From Chthonomonadaceae bacterium (GTDB lineage: Bacteria > Armatimonadota > Chthonomonadetes > Chthonomonadales > Chthonomonadaceae), in contig DASRGZ010000040.1 in NCBI GenBank assembly GCA_035650735.1, forward strand, positions 1 through 64,000: a DNA stretch of 64,000 nt. Direction: 5' to 3'. Both the position numbers and the translations under genes were made by a program. Under the pieces are notes generated by a model that saw only the letters and a program-made list of their open reading frames with translations, ran no database searches and was not told where the DNA came from. Position 1 is the first letter of the stretch. The number at the start of each line of letters is the position of its first letter. Of this stretch, positions 1-9,458 are shown in pieces.

Positions 1-1
1 C

Positions 2-781
2 GTGACCATCTACGACCGCGAGAGCGAGAGCGTCTGGCTGCAAGTGGGGGGCCGGGCGGTAAAGGGGCCGCTGGTGGGTACAGTGCTCAAGACGGGGCCG
101 CTGCTGGACACGACCTGGGGCAACTGGAAGAAGCTGCATCCCGATACCCTCGTTATGTCGCCGGATACGCCCTATGCCCGCTACTATGCGCCGAAGGGCG
201 TCCACACGCCGCGCGGCATGGCCTACTTTCCGGCCCCTTACTTCAAGACGACGCTGACCCGCACGGATAAGCGGCTGCCGCCTGCGGAACTGGTGCTGGC
301 CGTCGCGCTGCCTCAGCCCTCTGCCAGCGGCAAGCCCGGCGAGATGGGCGAACCGCTCACCCGCGCCTATCCCGTTAAGGCGCTCAAGGAGTCGCCGGGC
401 GTCGTCAACGACACGCTGGGCAGCGCGCCGGTCGCCGTCTTCTTCGACCCCGACACGACGACCGCCGCCGCCGTCTCCCGCATCCTGGACGGCAAGACGC
501 TGACCTTTGAGGTGCGCAAGCAGGCCGACGGCAAGCCCGCCTTCTACGATAAGGAGACGGGGACGCGCTGGAACATCGAGGGCAAGGGCGAAGAGGGGCC
601 GCTGGCCGGCAAATCCCTGGAGCGCCTGGACAGCCACATGAGCGAGTGGTATGGCTGGGTTGCCTACTTCCCGACGACCACCATCTACGGGCGCACCGAC
701 CCGCCGCAGACGCTCGACCTCTTGATAGCGCCCGCGCCGGCAACACCGGGCACGCCTCCCGCCGAACCCAAAGGCAACTGA
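2..781 (+). CDS. DUF3179-family protein (5' truncated by window edge)
   Basis: YDRESESVWLQ..G.A..GPL.G..L, TTW..WK..HPDT and D.ETG..W...G....GPL.G..L motifs typical of DUF3179. Confidence 0.75.
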   Translation: MTIYDRESESVWLQVGGRAVKGPLVGTVLKTGPLLDTTWGNWKKLHPDTLVMSPDTPYARYYAPKGVHTPRGMAYFPAPYFKTTLTRTDKRLPPAELVLAVALPQPSASGKPGEMGEPLTRAYPVKALKESPGVVNDTLGSAPVAVFFDPDTTTAAAVSRILDGKTLTFEVRKQADGKPAFYDKETGTRWNIEGKGEEGPLAGKSLERLDSHMSEWYGWVAYFPTTTIYGRTDPPQTLDLLIAPAPATPGTPPAEPKGN

Positions 782-800
782 ATACAACCTATCAGATAGA

Positions 801-846
801 CAGGGCCGCCTCTATTCTCTAGAATAGGCGCGGCCCTGAATTATTT
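801..846 (+). terminator. Hairpin after the DUF3179 gene, probable terminator
   Basis: CAGGGCCGC...GCGGCCCTG stem with inner CTATTCT/AGAATAG pairing, followed by an AT-rich tail. Confidence 0.5.
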
Positions 847-869
847 CCGCCAGGCCCCGTAAAAATCGC

Positions 870-897
870 TGAAGTCCGCTTTCATTCCCGCCGATAA
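870..897 (+). promoter_or_regulatory. Sigma-28 (FliA/SigD)-type promoter of the flagellar operon
   Basis: TGAA-N16-GCCGATAA; perfect -10 box, upstream of flgB. Confidence 0.6.
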
Positions 898-1041
898 TTT
901 CCCTAGATGCTGCCGTTGCGTCCCGCTGTGGACGACGCACAAAGGCGTGCGTAACGGCAGAATCTTGCAGCAGCCGCCCAAGAACAGACACTAGCACGCC
1001 GCTGTTCCCTCTTCCCAGTTTCCTTAAACCAGGAGTTGTCC

Positions 1042-1431
1042 ATGATTGATAGACTCTTTGGCGGCGATGCCTTTATCGCCACAACCCGCGCGCTCGATGC
1101 CGCCTCCCTGCGCCACCAGGTCATCGCTAACAACCTGGCTAACGTCAACACGCCCGGCTACAAGCGGCAGGCGGTGCAGTTCGAGACGCAGTTAGCCCAG
1201 GCGCTTCAGGCCAACAACAACGCCTGCGCTCCCGCCAACTGCGTGCCCGTCGCCTCCGTCACGCCGCGCGTCGTGACCATCAACTCGACCAGCGAGCGCA
1301 CCGACGGCAACAACGTGGATATGGAGACGGAGATGGCGAACCTGGCCGCCAACACCCTCACCTTTGAGGTTCTGTCCCAATCGGTTTCGGGCTACTTCGC
1401 CGGCCTGAAGGCCGTGATCAATGGCCGCTAA
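1042..1431 (+). CDS. flgB: Flagellar basal-body rod protein FlgB
   Basis: IANNLANVNTPGYK and DGNNVDME motifs; AGGAG RBS before ATG 1042. Confidence 0.95.
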   Translation: MIDRLFGGDAFIATTRALDAASLRHQVIANNLANVNTPGYKRQAVQFETQLAQALQANNNACAPANCVPVASVTPRVVTINSTSERTDGNNVDMETEMANLAANTLTFEVLSQSVSGYFAGLKAVINGR

Positions 1432-1515
1432 CGCCGGGCGAACCCCTTTTCTCTTTCGTCACATGCGCCGGGACGCGACGGATTGCGTCCCAATCGAAAT
1501 CCCTGAGAGCCTGCC

Positions 1516-1980
1516 ATGAGCCTTTCCTCTTCTTTGCAGATCAGCGCCTCCGGCCTCACCGCCGAGCGCCTGCGCCTGGATGTCATCAGCAACAACATCG
1601 CCAACGTCAACACCACGCGCGGCGCGGACGGCCAGCCCTACCGCCGCCAGCAAGTGGTTTTCTCCGCCCGCAGCGAAGGCGGTGCGTTCGCCGCTATGCT
1701 GGCTGCTGCACGCGGCGGGATGCGCAACGGCCAGGCCCCCGGCGCCGGCGTTGAGGTGACCGCCGTCCAGCCAGATATGGCCCACGATTTCAAGGTGGTC
1801 CACGATCCCGGCCACCCGGACGCCGACGCCAACGGCAACGTCAAGCTGCCCAACGTCGAGCCTGTCGTCGAGATGGTGGATATGATCTCCGCTTCCCGCG
1901 CCTACGAGGCGGGCGTCACCGCCATCAACGCGGCCAAGCAGATGCAGCAGCGCGCTCTGGAAATCGGACGCGCCGGATAA
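1516..1980 (+). CDS. flgC: Flagellar basal-body rod protein FlgC
   Basis: SGLTAERLRLDVISNNIAN, DPGHPDAD, PNV..V.EMVDMISASRAYE. Confidence 0.95.
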   Translation: MSLSSSLQISASGLTAERLRLDVISNNIANVNTTRGADGQPYRRQQVVFSARSEGGAFAAMLAAARGGMRNGQAPGAGVEVTAVQPDMAHDFKVVHDPGHPDADANGNVKLPNVEPVVEMVDMISASRAYEAGVTAINAAKQMQQRALEIGRAG

Positions 1981-1996
1981 CCGTTTGCCCCGTCCT

Positions 1997-2039
1997 GCGG
2001 GACGCGAGAGGCGTGAGCATGCGGCCTCTCGCGTCCCGC
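1997..2039. repeat. Intercistronic 16-bp perfect hairpin (related shorter hairpin at 1470-1491)
   Basis: GCGGGACGCGAGAGGC / GCCTCTCGCGTCCCGC; both hairpins contain GGGACGCGA. Confidence 0.6.
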
Positions 2040-2050
2040 GAGGTCTAACA

Positions 2051-2407
2051 ATGCAGATAAACTCTCTCTCTTCCCTGCTCGACGTCAACCCGATCTCCCG
2101 CGAAGTTCGCAGCGGCGAGGGCGCCTCCCTTCCCATTCCCGGCGCCAACGCTAACGGCGTAGACGATGTAGGCGCAGCGCAGGGCGCCAAATCCTTCGGC
2201 CAGTATCTTCAGGATGCCATTGGCGAAGTGAACCAGGCACAGCTCCACGCCGGCGACATGGCGGCGCGCTTTGCCGCCGGAGAAGCGATGGATGTCCACC
2301 AGGTCATGATCGCCGCTCAGGAGGCCAGCACGGCGCTCTCCCTGGCCATCCAGGTACGCAACAAGCTGGTGGATGCCTATCAGGAAGTGATGCGCGTCAG
2401 CGTTTAA
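2051..2407 (+). CDS. fliE: Flagellar hook-basal body protein FliE
   Basis: DVHQVMIA.QEA..AL.LA.QVRNKLVDAYQEVMR; position after flgC. Confidence 0.92.
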   Translation: MQINSLSSLLDVNPISREVRSGEGASLPIPGANANGVDDVGAAQGAKSFGQYLQDAIGEVNQAQLHAGDMAARFAAGEAMDVHQVMIAAQEASTALSLAIQVRNKLVDAYQEVMRVSV

Positions 2408-2430
2408 TCTCGGAGTGTCTACGGAAACCC

Positions 2431-2600
2431 GGCTGTGCCCGGCCCTAAAGGACCGGGCTGTGGGCGGCAAGCCCCCTGAAGGGGGCTACTCTCCCTTCTT
2501 GTAACTCTTGAAGGGGACGGATCAACTTCTGGCAGCCCCATTTATGGGGCTTGCCGCCCACAGTCCACCCCTTTAGGGGTGGCTGCCGGCAATTACCGTA
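2431..2600. repeat. Repeat family A (REPIN/IS200-IS605-end-like palindromic element)
   Basis: CCCGGCCCTAAAGGACCGGG ... CCACCCCTTTAGGGGTGG hairpins; homologous copies at 17893-18102 and 53425-53574. Confidence 0.8.
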
Positions 2601-2638
2601 TATATCCTTCATCCTTTCCGAAGGAAGGACCGGCAGCA

Positions 2639-4321
2639 GTGATCCAACGTGCGCGTGAATTGTGGGAAGGTCTCGGTCGGCAAAATCAGATCGTCCTGGT
2701 CGTCTCGTCGCTGGGCGTGCTGATCGCCCTGATCGGCTTTATTGCCTGGGCCAGCACCCCGGAGTATGTGCCGCTGTTCTCGAATCTATCGGCACAGGAC
2801 GCCAACGCTATCAGCGACAAGCTCAAAGAAGGCAACATCCCCTTCCGTCTCCAGCAGGGTGGGACGGCAATTGAGGTGCCTGCTCAGTACCGCGACGAGA
2901 TGCGAATGAAGATCATGAGCCAGGGCTTGCCCGCGCAGTCTACGGCAACCCTGGGCTACGAGCTGCTCGACAAGGGCAGCACCTTCGGCCAGACCCAGCC
3001 GATGGAGGCGATGACGCTCCTGCGCGCCAAAGAAGGCGAGATCAGCAAGAGCATCATGAGCCTCCAGCAGGTCGCCAGCGCCACCGTCCACGTCGCCCCT
3101 GCCGACGACTCGCCCTTCGTTCCCGACAAGCACCCGGCCTCCGCCTCCGTCTTCGTCCAGCTCAAGCCCGGCCAGACCCTCTCCGACGAGAACGTGCGCG
3201 CCATCGTGCGGCTGGTCCAGATGTCCTATACCGGCCTGGCCGACAAGAACATTACGGTCGTGGATGGGCAGGGGGATCTGCTCTTTGACGGCACGCGCAC
3301 CGGCGCGGGCGACCTGACCGACGAGCGCATGAAGCAGCAGCATCAACTGGCGCAGGCCAAGCGCAGCGAACTGCAGACCGCCCTGGATAATACCATCGGG
3401 CCGAAAAAAGCGGTCGTCCTGGTGAACGTGGAACTCAACGCCGACCAACAGGAGATCAAAACCGACAGCGTCGAGCCGGGAGCGGTTACCAGCAAGACCA
3501 CGGACACCGAAGAGCTTAAAGGCGCGGGCAGCGTGCGCGGCGGCACCCCCGGCACCAACCAGAACGTAGCGCCCAACGCGCCCATTGCCGGCGGGGCCGC
3601 GCCTGGCGTCCCCAACTACGTGGCCACCAACAACAGCGACGGCAACTACAAGCACGAGCAGACCACGGCCACCTCGGAGCCGAGCCGCACGGTCAAGCAC
3701 ACTATCGTCGGGCCCGGTCGGATCGAGAAGCTGACCGTCAGCGCCCTGGTAGATACCAAGGTTCCTCCCGATCAGGTCGCCTCCATCAAGCAGATTCTGG
3801 AGACGGCTATCGGCGTGATACCGGGCGATGCCACGCGCCAGGTCTCCATCGCCCAGATCAGCTTCGACCGCAGCAGCGAAGCGGCGGAGGCCAAGGCCGA
3901 AGCGGCAGCCCGCTCTGCTGAGAACTGGTCGCGCCTGCTGGGCCTGGGCGTTCCGCTGGCGATCATGGCGTTGACCTTCCTGCTGCTGGCGCGCGCCCTC
4001 CGCAAGCCGGCGCCGCGCCTGGCCGGGGAGCAGCTGGCGCTGGCAGGCGCCGGAGCCGGCAGCCTGGGCGGCATAACCGTCGGCGCAGACAGCAGGGAAC
4101 TCGCCCTCGCACCCGATGGCACGCCGGTTCCGGGCCAGACGGTCGAGGCCGTGACTGCCGAGGGCATCCCCATTGGCTTGCCCGTCGGATCCGGGCCCAA
4201 GACCTACGACGTCATTGAGGAAGCCTTCGATGCCAGCATGGAAAGCATCCTCCATCTGACCCGGTCCAAGCCGGAGATGGTCGCCGTGCTCATTAAGAGC
4301 TGGATCGCTGAGGAGCAGTAG
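2639..4321 (+). CDS. fliF: Flagellar MS-ring protein FliF
   Basis: N-terminal TM, YVPLFSNLS.QDA..I, GYELLDK, A.EGEI..SI..L..V..A.VH, ASASV; C-terminal TM; GTG start inferred. Confidence 0.93.
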   Translation: MIQRARELWEGLGRQNQIVLVVSSLGVLIALIGFIAWASTPEYVPLFSNLSAQDANAISDKLKEGNIPFRLQQGGTAIEVPAQYRDEMRMKIMSQGLPAQSTATLGYELLDKGSTFGQTQPMEAMTLLRAKEGEISKSIMSLQQVASATVHVAPADDSPFVPDKHPASASVFVQLKPGQTLSDENVRAIVRLVQMSYTGLADKNITVVDGQGDLLFDGTRTGAGDLTDERMKQQHQLAQAKRSELQTALDNTIGPKKAVVLVNVELNADQQEIKTDSVEPGAVTSKTTDTEELKGAGSVRGGTPGTNQNVAPNAPIAGGAAPGVPNYVATNNSDGNYKHEQTTATSEPSRTVKHTIVGPGRIEKLTVSALVDTKVPPDQVASIKQILETAIGVIPGDATRQVSIAQISFDRSSEAAEAKAEAAARSAENWSRLLGLGVPLAIMALTFLLLARALRKPAPRLAGEQLALAGAGAGSLGGITVGADSRELALAPDGTPVPGQTVEAVTAEGIPIGLPVGSGPKTYDVIEEAFDASMESILHLTRSKPEMVAVLIKSWIAEEQ

Positions 4322-4333
4322 AAAGCATACGGG

Positions 4334-5350
4334 ATGAGAAGCCACAACCTTCACTTATCGAATCGCGAGAAAGCCGCCATTCTGCTGGTGGCGCTGGGCC
4401 CGGAGGCCACGGCCCGCATCTTCAAGCACCTGCGCGAGGAGGACATTGAGAGCCTGACCCTGGATGTGGCGCGGCTGGGCAAAATCACCCCGGAAGCGCG
4501 CCGGCAGGTCGTGTCCGAGTTCCATGAGATGTGTCTGGCGCAGGAAGTGATCTCCGAGGGGGGCCTGGAACAGGCCCGCAAGGCTCTGGAGGTCGCCTTC
4601 GGCCAGGACAAGGCCAGCGATATCGTCAACAGAGTCATCCAGGCGCTCCAGGTGCTGCCGTTCGACTTCATCAAGAAGACCGATCCCAGCCAGCTGCTCT
4701 CGTTCCTCCAGGATGAGCACCCACAGACCATTGCGCTGATTCTGGCCCATCTCCACCCCAACCAGGCCGCCACCGTGCTTTCCGGCCTGCCCCAGGAGCT
4801 GCGCGCGGAGGTCGCCCACCGCATTGCCATCATGGACCGGACGCCTCCGGAAGTCATCCGCGAGATTGAGCGGGTGCTGGAGCGCAAGCTTTCCAACGCG
4901 GTTGTCATGCAGGGCTTCACCGCCGCTGGCGGCGTCAAGAGCCTGGTGGAAGTGCTTAACTTCGTGGACCGCACCACCGAGAAGACGATCCTCGAGTCCC
5001 TGACCGAGACCAATCCTGAGTTGGCCGACGAGGTCAAGAAGCTGATGTTCGTCTTCGAGGATATCATCCTGCTCGACGACGCCTCCATCCAGAAGGTACT
5101 GCGCGAGGTGGATACGAAGGAGCTGGCTCTGGCGCTCAAGGGCGTGGGCGAAGAGGTTCAGAACCGCATCTTCAAGAACATGAGCGAGCGTGCGGCCACC
5201 ATGCTCAAGGAAGATATGGAGTTCATGGGGCCGGTCCGCCTGCGCAACGTCGAAGAGGCCCAGCAGCGCATCGTGGGCGTCATCCGGCGCCTGGAAGAGG
5301 CCGGCGAGATCGTGGTGGCGCGCGGCGACGCCGACGAGATCGTGGTTTAG
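4334..5350 (+). CDS. fliG: Flagellar motor switch protein FliG
   Basis: KAAILLV.LG, EHPQTIALIL, MFVFEDI, MGPVRL..VE.AQ. Confidence 0.97.
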   Translation: MRSHNLHLSNREKAAILLVALGPEATARIFKHLREEDIESLTLDVARLGKITPEARRQVVSEFHEMCLAQEVISEGGLEQARKALEVAFGQDKASDIVNRVIQALQVLPFDFIKKTDPSQLLSFLQDEHPQTIALILAHLHPNQAATVLSGLPQELRAEVAHRIAIMDRTPPEVIREIERVLERKLSNAVVMQGFTAAGGVKSLVEVLNFVDRTTEKTILESLTETNPELADEVKKLMFVFEDIILLDDASIQKVLREVDTKELALALKGVGEEVQNRIFKNMSERAATMLKEDMEFMGPVRLRNVEEAQQRIVGVIRRLEEAGEIVVARGDADEIVV

Positions 5351-5354
5351 CCAT

Positions 5355-5855
5355 CCTCACCCCAGCAGACCTCACCCCCGGCCCTTTGTGTAGGGTGTAG
5401 GGGATAGGGTGTAGGGGATAGGGTGTAGGGTCGCCCTCACCCCGGCCCCTCTCCTTGAGAAGGAGAGGGGAGAGGCCCCCACCCCCTGTCCCACTGCTAG
5501 GGTTGGCCCTACCATGGTTCGGGCCTCCGCCTTGCGACCCCCAAGAACAGGGGAGGGGAGAGGAGAAGCCAGTATTCTCTCTGCCCGCGTAGGTGTCGCC
5601 AGGCGGAGGGCTGTGGCAAGGCGGAGGCAGGGGCCCTAACCCTGCCGGCGGCCAGTATTCGCAACCCTTCCACCTTGATGTTGATGTCGCAAGGCGGAGG
5701 CAGAGGCCGTAACCCTGCCGACCCTTGCAGTCAGCGGGCCTGGCTAGGCGGAGATCGCCAGGCAGAGCCGCGAACCGTTGAGCGGCGTCCCTGGCAGTCG
5801 AGCGAGCGCAGCGCCGCCCCTGGCAGCGCCCCACAGCGGCAGGGTTTAGCCTGCC
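5355..5855. repeat. Composite intergenic repeat cluster (family C, heptamer tract, several 46-nt micro-elements, family D half)
   Basis: CCTCACCCCCGGCCC ends, (GTGTAGG/GGATAGG)6 at 5388-5429, micro-elements at 5493-5538, 5686-5731, nested 5740-5827. Confidence 0.85.
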
Positions 5856-5882
5856 GAGAGCATTGATGAAGGAAAACACCCG

Positions 5883-6761
5883 TTGTCCAGACCCAAGTTG
5901 CCCTTTGAGCCGCTGAATGCGCCGCGCGTGGCGCCGCAAAATCCCGGCCCGCCTACTCCCATCAATTGGTTTGAGCAGCTTGCGCCGCGCCTGCCGGAGC
6001 CGCCACCGCCGCCTGCGGCTTCCGTCTCGGAGGCCGGGCCGGCCGGCGTGCGCGCCGCTCTCTTTCGCGACGTGGAGGCGATTGCCGGCGAGGAGCGTCG
6101 GCGCCAGCGCATGAGCGAGCCGGAACCGGAAGACATCGCGCAGATGCGCGCCCAGGCGCAGGAGGAGGCGCAGGCACTGATCGCGCAGGCGCGCGCGCAG
6201 GTCCAGGACATTGAGGAGGAAGCGCGCCGGCAGGGCTATCAGGTGGGGTATGAGCAGGGCTATGTGGCAGGACAACAGGAGGCAACGCGCCTGGTCGTCC
6301 AGCGCGCCGATGACGAGCGCGCCGCCTACCGAGAAGATCTGGCCGCCTTTATCGCCCATATCGAGGCGGAGCGCCAGCGCGCCTGGGCCGAGATGGAGCC
6401 CCAGATCATCGGGCTGGTGTTCGATCTTGCCCGGCAGGTGATCAAGCAGGAGGTGGAGGCCAGCCGCACGGTGGCGCTTTCGGTGGTTGCCAACGCCCTG
6501 CGCCGCGCCGCCGATAGCACCACGCTGCGTATCCGCGTTCATGCCGACGATTTAGAGGCGGTGCGCGCCCATCGCGAAGACCTCCTGACGCTGGTGGACG
6601 GCATTCGCCATATCGAGATAATAGAAGACCGCCGGGTTGGGCCGGGCGGCGCGGTCGTGGAAACCGACGCGGGAACCATTGATGCCCGGATCGAGACGCA
6701 GCTAGACGAGGTTTCCGATGCGCTGGAGCGCATGATCGCGCACCGGGAAGGGCAGAGCTGA
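5883..6761 (+). CDS. fliH: Flagellar assembly protein FliH
   Basis: GxxxG repeats (GYQVGYEQGYVAG), IRVH.DD, GG.VVET..G.IDARIETQL. Confidence 0.9.
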   Translation: MSRPKLPFEPLNAPRVAPQNPGPPTPINWFEQLAPRLPEPPPPPAASVSEAGPAGVRAALFRDVEAIAGEERRRQRMSEPEPEDIAQMRAQAQEEAQALIAQARAQVQDIEEEARRQGYQVGYEQGYVAGQQEATRLVVQRADDERAAYREDLAAFIAHIEAERQRAWAEMEPQIIGLVFDLARQVIKQEVEASRTVALSVVANALRRAADSTTLRIRVHADDLEAVRAHREDLLTLVDGIRHIEIIEDRRVGPGGAVVETDAGTIDARIETQLDEVSDALERMIAHREGQS

Positions 6762-8140
6762 TGCAGGGCAAGATTCTGGAGCTGCCTGATATTCCGCCGC
6801 CGCCCCTGGATCTGGACTACTACCGCCAGAAGCTGCTGCGGCTGGACCCGGTTAAGCAGAATGGCAAGGTCACGCAGGTCATCGGGCTAGTCATCGAGTC
6901 GGTGGGGCCAAACGCAATGGTGGGCGAGGTCTGCAAGATCTTCTACGACCGCGCTAACTACTACGACCCGGAAAAGCCGCCGATCCTGGCCGAAGTGGTC
7001 GGATTTCGGGAGAATCGCGTCCTGCTGATGCCTTTAGGCGTGATGGAGGGCATCAAGCCGGGCAGCGAGGTGGTCGCCACCCGCCAGACGCAGCAGGTGA
7101 TGGTCGGCATGGAGCTACTAGGCCGGATGCTCGACGGGCTGGGGCAGCCGATGGACGGCGGGCCGCCGCTTGAGCTGGCTAAAACCTATCCGGTCAATGC
7201 GCCGCCGCCCAACGCCGTCACGCGCCCCCGCATCCATGAGCCTCTGCAGACCGGCGTGCGCGCCCTCGATGGCTGCCTGACCCTCGGCAAGGGGCAACGC
7301 ATGGGCATCTTCGCCGGCTCTGGCGTCGGCAAAAGCACGCTCATGGGCATGATCGCCCGCAACAGCAGCGCCGACGTCAACGTGATCGCGCTGGTAGGTG
7401 AGCGCGGGCGCGAGGTGCGGGACTTTGTGGAGGAGAGCCTCGGAATTGAGGGCGTGCAGCGTTCCATCGTGGTCGTGGCGACCTCCGATCAGCCTGCGCT
7501 CGTGCGCATCAAGGCGGCGTTGGTCGCCACCGCCATCGCCGAGTTCTTCCGCGATCTAGGCGCGGACGTGATGCTGATGATGGACTCGGTAACGCGCCTG
7601 GCGATGGCGCAGCGTGAGGTCGGCCTGGCGATCGGCGAGCCGCCCGCCACGCGCGGCTATACGCCCAGCGTTTTCGCCCTGCTGCCGCGTCTGCTGGAGC
7701 GCTCCGGCACCTCCGGCACGGGCCAGGGCACCATCACCGGCCTCTATACCGTTCTCGTCGAGGGCGACGATATGAACGAGCCAGTGGCAGACGCCGTGCG
7801 CGGTATTCTGGACGGCCATATCGTCCTCTCGCGCGATCTGGCGCACCGGGGCCACTATCCGGCCATTGACGTATTGCAGAGCGTCAGCCGCGTCATGCCC
7901 GCCATCACGCCGTCCGAACAGGGCGACGCCGCCAATAGCCTGCGCGAAATACTGGCCACCTATCGCGGCGCGGAAGACCTGATCAACATCGGCGCCTATG
8001 TGGAGGGCAGCAACCCACGCATTGACTATGCCCGCTCCAAGATCGAGGCGGCCAACGCCTTCCTGCGCCAGCGCGCCGACGATTCGAGCGCCTATGTAGA
8101 TACCCTCCGCCAGATGTTGACGACCTTCCCCAAACGGTAG
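6761..8140 (+). CDS. fliI: Flagellar export ATPase FliI
   Basis: GQRMGIFAGSGVGKST Walker A, GERGREV, MDSVTR, LDGHIVLSR. Confidence 0.96.
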   Translation: MQGKILELPDIPPPPLDLDYYRQKLLRLDPVKQNGKVTQVIGLVIESVGPNAMVGEVCKIFYDRANYYDPEKPPILAEVVGFRENRVLLMPLGVMEGIKPGSEVVATRQTQQVMVGMELLGRMLDGLGQPMDGGPPLELAKTYPVNAPPPNAVTRPRIHEPLQTGVRALDGCLTLGKGQRMGIFAGSGVGKSTLMGMIARNSSADVNVIALVGERGREVRDFVEESLGIEGVQRSIVVVATSDQPALVRIKAALVATAIAEFFRDLGADVMLMMDSVTRLAMAQREVGLAIGEPPATRGYTPSVFALLPRLLERSGTSGTGQGTITGLYTVLVEGDDMNEPVADAVRGILDGHIVLSRDLAHRGHYPAIDVLQSVSRVMPAITPSEQGDAANSLREILATYRGAEDLINIGAYVEGSNPRIDYARSKIEAANAFLRQRADDSSAYVDTLRQMLTTFPKR

Positions 8141-8147
8141 GAGCAAG

Positions 8148-8636
8148 ATGCGCCGATTTAAGTTTCGACTGGAAACCGTGCTGCGCCACCGCGAGACCAT
8201 CGAGAGCCTGCGAGAGCAGGAGTTTGCGACCGCGCAGGGGCATCTGGCCGCGATTGAGGCGCGCATCGCCGCGCTGCGCGAGGAGTTTAGCCGCACCGTG
8301 GCGGAGCGGCCCGGCAGCGCGCCGGGAGAGCGCTTCGAAGCGCAGGCCATCCTGGCGCGCGAGCGCTACCTGGAGACGCTGCTGGCGGCCATCGCCGCGC
8401 AGGAGCGCCGCGCCGACGCCCTGCGCGCGCAGGTTGAGGAGAAGCGGCAGGCGTTGGTGGCGGCGCGGCAGGCCCGCGAAGCCGTCTCGCGTCTGCGCGA
8501 TAAAGACCTGCTCGCCCATACGGCGCTCGGCCTGAAATTAGAGCAGGAAGCCCTGGATGAACTGGCGACCCTGCGCCATATCCGCGCTGCTCGCGCACAT
8601 TCCGATGCGCCCAATACGAAGGAGAAAGCCGCCTGA
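8148..8636 (+). CDS. fliJ: Flagellar export protein FliJ
   Basis: MRRFKFRLE.VL..R N-terminus, coiled coil, EQ..LDE; follows fliI. Confidence 0.85.
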   Translation: MRRFKFRLETVLRHRETIESLREQEFATAQGHLAAIEARIAALREEFSRTVAERPGSAPGERFEAQAILARERYLETLLAAIAAQERRADALRAQVEEKRQALVAARQAREAVSRLRDKDLLAHTALGLKLEQEALDELATLRHIRAARAHSDAPNTKEKAA

Positions 8637-9235
8637 TGGAAAGCCATCTGCAAATCGCCCTGGCCCGCATTCAAGAGATCGAAGCCCGGTTGGGCATCCT
8701 CGCCGCCCCGACGCCTCCGCCCGTTCCGCCACCGACAACCCAAACGCCTCCGCCTGGCAGCGCCGATGCCGGCAAGCGCCCGTTCGACGTGATGCTGGCC
8801 CAGGCAGGCGGCAACGTCGAGTTGCGCCCCATCGGGCCTTCCGCCGGGCCGTTCTCCCCGGAGATAGACGCGCTGGTGGTAAAGTATGCGGCGCAGAACC
8901 AACTGCCGCCGGATCTGGTGCGCGCCGTCATTCAGCAGGAGTCGGGCGGCAATCCGCGCTCGGTATCGGCAGTGGGCGCGAAGGGCCTGATGCAGCTCAT
9001 GCCGGAGACGGCGCAAGCCTTCGGCGTCCAGGACGCCTTTGACCCGGAGCAGAATATCGCCGCCGGGACGCGCTACCTGGCAGGCTTGCTGCGCGAGTTT
9101 CAGGGTGAGCTTCCAAAGGCGCTCGCCGCTTACAACGCCGGCTCCGCCGCCGTTCGCAAATATGGCGGCGTCCCGCCCTACGCCGAGACTCAGCAGTATG
9201 TTCAGCGGATATTGAAAATGCTGGGTGCACGGTAA
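8636..9235 (+). CDS. Lytic transglycosylase (SLT domain), flagellum-associated
   Basis: AVIQQES, GAKGLMQLMP, ALAAYNAG, ETQQYV motifs. Confidence 0.92.
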   Translation: MESHLQIALARIQEIEARLGILAAPTPPPVPPPTTQTPPPGSADAGKRPFDVMLAQAGGNVELRPIGPSAGPFSPEIDALVVKYAAQNQLPPDLVRAVIQQESGGNPRSVSAVGAKGLMQLMPETAQAFGVQDAFDPEQNIAAGTRYLAGLLREFQGELPKALAAYNAGSAAVRKYGGVPPYAETQQYVQRILKMLGAR

Positions 9236-9246
9236 CGCCCTCATGC

Positions 9247-9418
9247 CGGCAGGCTAAACCCTGCCGCTGTGGAGCTCTACTAGGGGCGGAACTGCGCACG
9301 CTCGTTCCTCCGCCTAGCGAGGCTAGCTGCCCGCCTACGCGGGCAAAATGCGCTTCTCGCCCACGCAGGTGGGCGACGGGCGCTTTGCGCCCCCCAGCGG
9401 CAGGGTTCAGCCTGCCGC
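9247..9418. repeat. Repeat family D (terminal inverted repeats GGCAGGCT.AACCCTGCCGCTG)
   Basis: Inverted ends; reverse-oriented expanded copy at 27021-27402, half copy at 5831-5855. Confidence 0.8.
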
Positions 9419-9458
9419 TTTAGAGCCGGGGGGTTAGGTAAAATACGGAGTGCAATCT

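Noticed and set aside
2786..4354. Long antisense ORFs (also 5280-6542, 11093-12061, 28527-29996, 33688-35295, 49304-50386, 58253-59470)
   Set aside because: Shadow frames of well-supported genes in high-GC DNA; no motifs.
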